From Cenarchaeum sp. (lineage in GTDB: Archaea > Thermoproteota > Nitrososphaeria > Nitrososphaerales > Nitrosopumilaceae), in the NCBI GenBank assembly GCA_965242695.1, contig CBDESU010000001.1, positions 2,148,537 through 2,212,536 of the forward strand: a stretch of DNA of 64,000 nt, written 5' to 3'. Numbering within the stretch: position 1 is the stretch's first letter; the number at the start of each line of letters is the position of its first letter. Under the pieces are notes generated by a model, which was not told the DNA's origin, searched no databases, and worked only from the letters and a program-made list of their open reading frames with translations. Of the stretch, positions 41,922 through 51,400 are shown piece by piece. A program made the position numbers and the translations under genes.

Positions 41922-42142
41922 CGGGCGTCCGGCACACAGCCCTCTAATAAGTCGCCGGATGCCGGTTCCGGGCGGTGCCCCTGCGGCCCGTCTCCCCCCC
42001 CCCACCTTCCACCCCACGGTTGCAAGGGCAATGCGGGGCGGAGGGCGAACAGGAGGCGGTACAAGCCGTCACTACGGGCCGGCATTGAGTGGCGAAGGCG
42101 GCCGCGGCGGCCTTGCCCCACCGGGCCGGTTGGCACAGTCTG

Positions 42143-42502
42143 CTAGAACAGAAGCGCCTTTTCGATCCTGCACAGCAGTTCGTAGGCTACCTCGCGCCTG
42201 TCGTCGGTGACTCCGAATCCCTCGTAGTACCGTGCTTGCAGGCTCATCATGTAGAGGTCCCTGTAGTCGTTAAACACCTGCGGCAGCTCCCTCTCGACCC
42301 GCCGGTTCCTCTCGACGTGGTTCTTTGGGTCACGTCCCGTCTGCTTGACAAGCCAGTAGTTTATCCTGTGCAGGATAGAGTAGAACAGCGCGACGACCTT
42401 CCAGTCGTGCGCATCGCCGGGCCGAACCGCCTGAAGCCAGTCGTAGAACCACCGGCAGCGCTCGCTCTGCTCCCTGTACTATCCGAGCGTCGGGGCCGTC
42501 AT
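42143..42502 (-). pseudogene. HEPN-like partner, pair 10 (nonsense at Trp8)
   Basis: Trp8 TGG reads TAG at 42479-42481; downstream homology retained. Confidence 0.7.
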
Positions 42503-42804
42503 TTCTTGGCCTCCCGCTCGTAGATGATCTTGCTGCCAAAGAGGTTGCCCCCGGGCAGGTTGGGGCCGTTGTGGATCGGTATGGTGAGGATCACGCGATC
42601 GGGCATTTCGTGCTCGATCTCCGTCCCTCCGCTGCAGATGCCTTGGACTATCGCTGCATCCCTTTTGCGGTCGTCGTCGTGTATGACCAGGATGGTCACC
42701 TCCTCGCGCCCCCCGTCGATGTACCCGACCTTTGAGACGTACTCTAGGCCGCATATCTTCTCGAGTATGAGCGATTCTAGCTTCGACACCTGTACCGTCG
42801 ACAT
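42499..42804 (-). CDS. MNT-like small protein, pair 10
   Basis: Family paralog; TTTATCA upstream. Confidence 0.7.
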   Translation of the reverse strand: MSTVQVSKLESLILEKICGLEYVSKVGYIDGGREEVTILVIHDDDRKRDAAIVQGICSGGTEIEHEMPDRVILTIPIHNGPNLPGGNLFGSKIIYEREAKK

Positions 42805-43761
42805 TCGGACGCCCGGCACACGGCCCTCTGATAAACCGTCGGATCGCCGTCCCCGGGCGGCCCCCGGCGGCCTGCTCCCCCCCCACGATTGTGAGGGCAT
42901 GCGGGCTGAGGGGTGCAGGGGCGGGGGCGGGGGCGGGGGCGGCGCCCTGTGCAGGCGTGCATCGAGCATCAAGGCCGCCCGCAGGCGGCCTTGTCCCCGC
43001 CAGTCTGGCAGCGCCGGCCCGCCTGCCTGAAGGAATCGGCTTTTCAATCCTACACGGCCGCCCCCCGGCGGCCCTGCGCCGACAGTCTCGCGCCTACGCC
43101 TCACACGGTGCCGCGCAGCATGCTCATCATGCGGCGACCAGCCTGCCGCCGTGCGCCTCGGGCCGCTTGTGCCCGACATGCGGTTCCGCGGAGCGGCCCC
43201 TTGCCCCTCCCGGACCGCATGGGGGCCGGTGAACCGCCCCGTGCGCGCCCGCCGTCCGTCCGCCGCTTCTGCCGGGCCGGAACGGCCCCTCGTGGCAAGC
43301 CAGGCGCGCGTCTTGGCTGGCCTAGGGCGGCGCGTCTTTGCATGAAAGATGCGGCGACCGCCGCAGGGCGGCCATGGTGCCGCCGGGTCGGCGAGAGGAC
43401 GGACGATGCGGCCCCGGCCTCCCGCGCGGCCATACGCTGCAGGGAGGCGCTCGCGCCGCCGCGCAGGCTCGGGATGCTCCTCTCCCCGCATGCTCGCCCG
43501 AGACGCGGCATGGCCAGGCGCCGGCCGCCGCGCCCTTGCGCGTTCGGACTTCATCTACCATGGGCCGGGAGATGCGATCCGAGCCCTGCGGGGCAGCATG
43601 CAACCGCGCACAACAGATTCCGCGCCACAGGGTACTAGGAAAAAACGGCTGCGCTCGCGCCTAGCACCCGCTGCGCCGGGCGGGGATTTGGTGCCCGGAC
43701 GCGCACGCCTAGCTTTTCACGGGCGGGCAAGGCACATATGCTAACCCCGTCGGGGGCGACC

Positions 43762-44303
43762 ATGAGCCAGGCACTGGCGCTTGCGGACATAGCGGGACGC
43801 GCGGCACGGGCGTCGTCGGGGCAGGGCGGCGACGGACAGGCGGTGCTTGCCGACCTGCGCCACCTGCATTCGACCGCGGTGTCGCTGACGGACGAGTGGC
43901 TCAAACAGGACAATGAGAACAACTTTTGGTTTTACGATGCACTCTGCCTTGCGGGATTCGTGCTGTGCGACATGATCGACAGGTTCGAGGAGGCGCGCGC
44001 CGACCCGTCAATGAGGCGCGCGGCCCTTGACGGACTGGCCATGCTCCCCGAGATCGCGACATTATAGAGTCGTCCGCCGTCCGGCCGGACGTGGACGATC
44101 ATGACGGCGACGAGATGATCGATAAAAAGCTTGTGCTCTGGAACAAAGCGTTTGCAGCAGGGCTTGTAAAGACTGTGGAGAAAGACCTTGAAAAGCGTGG
44201 CCCCCAGATAGAGCCCGACGCGAACGGCAACTACCCGCCCCACTATCGCATAATCCAGCTTGCCTACGATGACGATACCAACGAAATGCACCGTGTTGCC
44301 TGA
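43762..44303 (+). pseudogene. 'SQALALAD' PIN-partner gene, frameshifted
   Basis: 1-bp deletion near 44058 relative to 45671-46216. Confidence 0.7.
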
Positions 44304-45083
44304 CACGAATGTCGTCATAGCGGCAAGCATATACGACGCCAGTGATGTGTTCGGCACAGTTGTTTACGAGCCACACCATAAAGAGTCGAAGCGCCTGCTT
44401 GACGCCCTCTTGGATGCCGACAGCGGCTGCCGGTGCGTGGTGTCACCCACTGTCGCCGACGAGGTGTATCGTGTGGCCCAGCGCGCAGCAACGCGTGCAG
44501 TTCATAAAAACACAGACATACAGCGCGCCAAAAAAAAAAAACAGGCGCAGAATTTACCGAGATGCGCCGGATGATTGCCAAGTGTGTAGGGCAGGCATCT
44601 AGATATGTTTTGTCAATGACCCCGTATGATCTGCCTCCGTCTCTGGTCGAAGCGCATCTTGCCGAGGTCGACAAAATTGTCGAGGAGATCGGGAAGAGGC
44701 GTGCAGAGTTGCTGGCAGAACTGGCGTCCCGCCAGGCCGCCGGAGCACAGGCCGGGCCCGCCGGCGCCGAGCGCCTTGGAGCGGGCCGGACGTTGGCCTG
44801 GCCCGGGCAGGACGACCTGGCGCAGTACGAAAGGCTTCTCAAGAGGGAGCCTCTGGGGAACACGAAGGACAAGAGAATACTCGCAGAGGCAGCCGCCATT
44901 CGCGACATTGTCCCTGACGGGTCGGGGAGGTTCTGCATCGCGTCAAACGACATGGGGATTTTTGCCCCGGTCGGGCTGCCCGGCGGGCGGGAGTCCCGCC
45001 CGATCGTGGACATGATCCACGACAGGTTTGGAATCACGAGCGGGCTGCCGCGCACGATCCGCACGCTGTGCACGCGAGGGTGA
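44281..45083 (+). pseudogene. PIN-domain gene frameshifted at a poly-A tract
   Basis: A12 at 44530-44541 versus A7 in the intact paralogs. Confidence 0.7.
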
Positions 45084-45670
45084 AAGGGCGGCGGCGGGGA
45101 GCGGCGCGGGCATTGCCTGTGGTCCCGCCCCATCTTGCGGCGGCGGGCGATTCACCCACAGCCGCAACCCGAGCCGAGGTCGGCGGCGGCGGGCGGATGC
45201 CGCGAGGGGGTGGCGGCCATCCGCATGGTGGCATTTTTGGCCAACGGGCCCCGCCCGGCGGCGGACATGTCGCCCGCGGCTGTGGGTTCCGTGCGTGCCT
45301 AACCGCCCGCCCGCGCTTCTGCCGGGCCGGAACGGCCCCCCGTGCCAGTAAGGCACTCGCGCCGCCGCGCCGGCTCGGCATACCCTCTTTCCCGCATGCC
45401 CGGCCGAGCCGCGGCACGGCCGGCGCCGGCCGCCTCGCCCTAGCGCATTCAGACTCCGCCTACCACGGACCGAACGATGCGATCCGAGCCCTGCGGGGCA
45501 GTATGCAACCACGCACAACCGTTGCCGCGCCACAGGGGACGGACTTGGAAAAGAGCAACGGCGCTCGCGTCCGACGCCCACCGAGGCGAACGGGAAGATG
45601 GTGCCCGGACGCGCACGCCCGGGTTTTGCGGGTGGGCAAAGCACATATAGCAGCCCTGACGGGGGCGCCC

Positions 45671-46216
45671 ATGAGCCAGGCACTGGCGCTTGCGGACATA
45701 GCAGAGCGGGTGAAGAGGATAACGTCGGGGTCGGGCGGCGGCTACGGGCAGGCCGTGCTTGCCGACCTGCGCCACCTGCACTCAACCACGGTGTCGCTGA
45801 CGGACGAGTGGCTCAAACAGGACAATGAGAACAACTTTTGGTTTTACGATGCACTCTGCCTTGCGGGATTCGTGCTGTGCGACATGATCGACAGGTTTGA
45901 GGAGGCGCGCGCCGACCCGTCAAGGGCGCGCGCGGCCCGTGACGGCCTGGCCGCGCTCCCCGAGATCGCCGACATTATAGAGTCGTCCGCCGTCAGGCCG
46001 GACGTGGACGATCATGACGGCGAGGAGATGATCGATAAAAAGCTGGCGCTCTGGGACAAGGCGTTTGCGGCAGGGCTTGTAAAGACTGTGGAGAAAGACC
46101 TTGAAAAGCTTGGCCCCCAGATAGAGCCCGACGCGAACGGCAACTACCCTCCCAACTATCGCGTAATCAAGCTTGCCTATGATGATGACACCGATGAAAT
46201 GTACCGTGTTGCCTGA
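45671..46216 (+). CDS. 'SQALALAD' protein, putative antitoxin of the downstream PIN protein
   Basis: Intact 181-aa ORF; CATATA upstream; overlaps the PIN gene. Confidence 0.7.
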   Translation: MSQALALADIAERVKRITSGSGGGYGQAVLADLRHLHSTTVSLTDEWLKQDNENNFWFYDALCLAGFVLCDMIDRFEEARADPSRARAARDGLAALPEIADIIESSAVRPDVDDHDGEEMIDKKLALWDKAFAAGLVKTVEKDLEKLGPQIEPDANGNYPPNYRVIKLAYDDDTDEMYRVA

Positions 46217-46985
46217 CACGAATGTCGTCATAGCGGCAAGCATACGGGTCATCAGCAATACATTAGGCACAGTTGTTGAGCCGCACCACAAAGAGTCGAA
46301 GCGCCTGCTTGACGCGCTCTTGGATGCAGACAGCGGCTGTCGGTGCGTGGTGTCCCCCACCGTAGCCGGCGAGGTGCGTCGAGTGGCCCGGCGTGCGGCA
46401 ACTCAAGCAGTTCATAAAAACACAGCGATACAGCAGGCCAAAAAAACAGGCGTCGAATTCACCGAAATGCGTCGAATGATTGTCAAGTGTGTAGGGCAGG
46501 CGTCCCGATTTCTTTCGTCAATGACCCCGTATGATCCGCCCCCGTCTCTAGTCGAAGCGTATCATGGCGAGGTCGACAAAATGATCGGGGAGATCGGGAC
46601 GACGTATACGGGGATGCTGGCAGAACGGGCGGCTCGCCAGGCCGCCGGCATGCAGACCGGCCCTGCCGGCGCCGCGCGCCTTGGAGCCGATTGGGCCTTG
46701 GACTGGCCCGAGGACGACTTGGCGCAGTACAAAAGGTTTCTCAGGAGGGAGCCTCTGGGGAACACGAAGGACAAGAGAATACTCGCAGAGGCCGCCGCCA
46801 TTCGCAACATGGTCGGGGGCAGGTCGGGGAGGTTCTGCATCGCGTCAAACGACATGGGGATTTTTGCCCCGGTCGGGCTGCCCGGCGGGCGGGAGTCCCG
46901 CCCGATCGTGGACATGATCCACGACAGGTTTGGAATCACGAGCGGGCTGCCGCGCACGATCCGCACGCTGTGCACGCGAGGGTGA
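46194..46985 (+). CDS. PIN-domain (VapC-like) protein
   Basis: LPDTNVV, VVSPTVxxE, DKRILAEA and IASND motifs. Confidence 0.7.
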   Translation: MKCTVLPDTNVVIAASIRVISNTLGTVVEPHHKESKRLLDALLDADSGCRCVVSPTVAGEVRRVARRAATQAVHKNTAIQQAKKTGVEFTEMRRMIVKCVGQASRFLSSMTPYDPPPSLVEAYHGEVDKMIGEIGTTYTGMLAERAARQAAGMQTGPAGAARLGADWALDWPEDDLAQYKRFLRREPLGNTKDKRILAEAAAIRNMVGGRSGRFCIASNDMGIFAPVGLPGGRESRPIVDMIHDRFGITSGLPRTIRTLCTRG

Positions 46986-47713
46986 AAGGGCGGCGGCGGG
47001 GAGCGGCGCGGGCATGCCCGTGGTCCCGCCCCATCCTGCGGCGGCGGGCGATTCGCCCACAGCCGCATCCCGGGCAGAGGGCGGCGGCGGGCGGATGCCG
47101 CGAGGGGGTGGCGGCCATCCGCATGGTGGCATTTTTGGCCAACGGGCCCAGCCCGGCGGCGGACATGTCGCCCGCGCGTGGTGGGTTTAGTGCGCGCCCG
47201 CCGCCCGTCCGCCGCTTCTGCCGGGCTGGACCTCTCGGCAAGCTCGGCACATGCCCCGGCTAGCCCAAGTCGGCGCGGCCTTGCATGACAGATGCAACTA
47301 CCGCCGCGGGGCGGCCATGGTGTCGCCGGGTCGGCGGGTGGACGGACGATGCGGCCCCGGCATCCCGCGCGGCCATATGCTGCAGAGAGGCACCCGTGCC
47401 GCAGCGCAGGCTCGGACTGCGCCTCTTTCCCCGCATGCTCGCCCGAGACACGGCATGGCATAGCGCCGCGCCGGCCGTCGCGCCCTTGCGCGTTCGGACT
47501 CCTGCCTCGCCCCAAGCGATGCGATCCGAGCCCTGCGGGGCAGCATGCATCCCCCGCGCAACCGCTGTTGCCGCCACCGGGTACCGACTCGGAAAAGAGC
47601 GACTGCGCCCGGCGCCCGCCGCGCCTGGCGTGGGCCCGGTGCCCTGACGATCACGCCCTGGCTTTTTACGGGGGGGGGGCAAGGCACATATAGCGACCCT
47701 GACGAGGGCGGCC

Positions 47714-48280
47714 ATGAGCCAGGCACTGGCGCTTGCGGACATAGCAGAACGCGCAGCGCGGGCATCGTCAGGGAGGCTTGGCGGCGACGGGCAGGCTATG
47801 CTTGCCGACCTGCGCCACCTGCATTCGACCACGGTGACGCTGAAGAGCGAGTGGTTCGAACAGGACAATGACAACAACTTTTGGTTTTACGATGCACTCC
47901 GTTTTGCGGGATTAGTGCTGTGCGACATGATCGACAGGTTCGAGGAGGCGCGAGACGACCCGTCGAGGAGGCGCGCGGCCCTTGACGGCCTGGCCGCGCT
48001 CCCCGAGATCGCCGACATTATAGAGTCGTCCGCCGTCAGGCCGGACGTGGACGATCATGACGGCGAGGAGATGATCGATAAAAAGCTGGCGCTCTGGGAC
48101 AAGGCGTTTGCGGCAGGGCTTGTAAAGACTGTGGAGAAGGACCTTGAAAAGCTCGGCCCCCAGATAGATCCCGACGCGAACGGCAACTACCCGCCCAACT
48201 ATCGCGTAATCCGGCTTGCCTACGACGACGACACCAATGAATTTCACGTGTTGGCTGACACGGACACCGCCGCAGCGTAA
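47714..48280 (+). CDS. 'SQALALAD' protein, copy without an intact PIN partner
   Basis: Intact paralog. Confidence 0.7.
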   Translation: MSQALALADIAERAARASSGRLGGDGQAMLADLRHLHSTTVTLKSEWFEQDNDNNFWFYDALRFAGLVLCDMIDRFEEARDDPSRRRAALDGLAALPEIADIIESSAVRPDVDDHDGEEMIDKKLALWDKAFAAGLVKTVEKDLEKLGPQIDPDANGNYPPNYRVIRLAYDDDTNEFHVLADTDTAAA

Positions 48281-48491
48281 GCGCATGCGCAGCCGCCGTA
48301 GCGTTCGACGCGGATGCGGCGGAAGCGCACCCTGAGGCGTCATGGAGCCTGCGTGGCGCCCGCCCCAATGCCGACATCTGTGCCGGTGAGCGCCGCCTAC
48401 GGCTGCCGACGGCAAGCGCAGCTGGCTGCCCGACGCGCGCTGCCGGACCGCGCCGGATGCACAACGGGGCCGGCCGCTGGCGCGGCGGGAT

Positions 48492-51400
48492 ATGGTATCA
48501 AAAACAGCAAGGAACGGGCATGCCGTTACTAGTATCATACTAGCCACCATCATGGTGGCCGGCGGGGTCACGTTCGCCATACCGGGAGCGATCCCGGAGG
48601 CCGCGGCCCAAACGCCGAACGACAACCTGTACGTGTCTGCCGAGAACAGCGCCTTTGACAACGTCTTCAGCGGCCTCAACGTGGTGGAGGTAGTCGTTCG
48701 CGACTCCGACATCAACTTCCGCGGCGACAGGGACGACGATCCGTCGGCCGAGCCGCGCGTCGAGGTTGACGGCGACCAGCTGAGGATGGTCCAGGGCAAC
48801 GACGGCAACTGGTACGGGTACTTTGCAGCTGCAAACGTCATGGATGCCGACACCAACGACGGCAACGGCTTGGACTATGGTACGTACTGCTCCACTAGCG
48901 ATCTGAACAACGATAGGATCACGGGCTCAGACGGAGCCTATGTCGAGAGTGTTATACGTGGCGACTTTGCGTCAACGGCGGGTGTTTTCCTAAAGGGTAC
49001 ACTCGAGTATGACATCCCTGGCACAGACTGTGACGGAACCGCAGATAGGAATCTGCAAAACGTCATCAGGACTACAAAGATCGTTAGTAACACAGTGCCC
49101 GATGGCGTGAACATTGGAAGTGTGACTCTAGGCGCCGAAGCAATGTGGCCGTTCATCCAAGTATACAGCTTTGACGACGAATCCGACATTGACGTAGAGT
49201 ACCAGAAGGGAGGCGACAAACAAATCGTCACCCTTTACTACGACAGCGATCCTGACGAGTACGGCACCGGCTTGGAGCTGGGCCGCGACAGGTATCCGCA
49301 GGGCGGCGGCATCATCATGACCATGACCGACCTTGCGATGAACGTCGATCCGACAGACGAGGACACTTGGACGTTTGATACCACGGGCAACCAAGCTGCC
49401 TACTACCGCATCTTTAACGATGATGGTGAGAGACAGTATCCAGGAATGCCTAGAACTGATGATAACCTTAATGACGCGGTTGACCGTGAACTCCAGGGAA
49501 TTGACGATAACCTATATCTGACAATCGATCGTAATGCAGAGAATGCGGAAAATCCCGCTGTCGAGATAAAAAGACAGAAGGATGGCAACCAGAACGACGG
49601 CCTCACGATAGCTGAAATAAACAGTGCCGGTGGCGTAGCTGCCATGGAACACATCGTCACCTTCATTGAGACGGGATCAAACACCGGTGTATTCACCAAC
49701 ACAGACAGTGACAGTGACACGCCCAACATTCTGGTTAGCGAAAATGCCGAGAGGGGAACCTCTGCGGTCGTTGACCACAACGACAGTAGTCAGTCCATAG
49801 TGGTGGGCAGCTCCTTTGCAACCATAACGCTAGACGACGATGCAGTCGGCGGCGTGTGGAATTCTGGCGAAGAGATACCCGTCACGCTCACGGATGCGGA
49901 TATTAACCGCAAGGCCATGGCAGATGAGGACATTGACGTGAGTGATTCCACCTTCACAATAATCCCAAGCGTGCGAATCGGCTCGCCGATTACGCTAGCA
50001 GGGACCATAAACGGTGACAAGGGAATGGTGACGATAGGAACCAGCACGATGCCGAATAAGATGATGCTCAACTTTAGCGACAATGACAATGACAATGACG
50101 ATCAGTTTACCGTAGATGCGTTCAGCGACGTAGCTCGCTTGAACCCCCCTGCGATGACCACTGACGACATAGTGACATTCAAGGCAGTGACGACGGGCAA
50201 GGAGCTCCTGTCGTTCCTCAAGAACGACACGGCACAGCCCGCGGACATGGTGAACATAAAGCCCAAGCCAGCAACGTTTCAGTTCCTAAACTTTGACGTT
50301 GGCTCGATCGGAAAGGTAAGCAGCGTAATGTTCCAGTGGAAGAACACAACCGACAGTGAGGTACAGAACCAAGAAATCAAAAACCAAAAAGGCGAGTCAA
50401 TCACGGGTAGCGATGGTCTTGTGGACATAACTAATGTGACTCTAACCAATATTGCAGATACGGATACTGCGCAAGTCGACATAGTGTTGGACTTTGCAAG
50501 TACCGATTTCAAGAAAGGAGATGCGTATCCCGTTGTAGTCGACCTCTTTAGCTTTGGCCAAAAAGGCGACGGTGTTGCCCCTGGTGACAGGATCAACAAC
50601 GCCATCTATAGGCTTGAGCTGGAGGAGAGCGGCGACAACACCGGCGTGTTTGAGGGCACGATGGAGTACATCATGCTCAACCAGATCAACGTCCGGCAAG
50701 CTTCCACCTACGAGGACATCGACCCCATAAGCGACGCAGTCGTTATGATTGTGCACAACGACATGACCGACGAGGACTCTGTCCGCGTCAACTACCTAGA
50801 CCTGGGCGCCGACGGCGTTGCGACGCAGATCGCCGACCAGGTAGAGGCACCTACGACATCGGGCTCGGTCTCGTTCGACGCCGACAACTACAAGGTGGCC
50901 GACACGGTCACTGTGACCCTAGAAGACGCCGACATGAACACTGCTGTCGAGACGATCGAGATCTACACGGTCGTGACTCAGACTTATGCTTCGAAGAATG
51001 CCGATGGAAAGGACATTACTGTCAACGATCCCGCCTTCGACATGGTAGGTGTGGGGGAATATGGCAGGGCCGGCGGCATCGCCAGCGGCGACGCCCTTGG
51101 CCGCGTCCTAGACATTACATTCGACGACCAGCTGTGGCTCAAGGGCTGCGGCATCAGCGGCGACAACGGCCTCGCCTCGACCGGCTTTACACTGATCGAG
51201 ACGGGCGCTGACACAGGCGTCTTTACCGGCGACTTCCAGATTCCGTTGCAGTACTGCCACAGGGTTGGCAACACGATGGAAGCCAGGTCTACCACCGGCG
51301 TCGACATGGAGGTCAACTATGTCGACTATCGGGATGCATCCGGCGAGACCATTGAGGTCGGCGACAGCGCCGGCGTCAGGGCCAACACTGGCTCCGTAAA

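Larger units (their letters stand above)
46348..48610 (+). repeat. Left arm of a >=2.26-kb inverted repeat
   Basis: Reverse complement of 61737-64000; the only difference I noticed is G10 versus G11. Confidence 0.9.
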
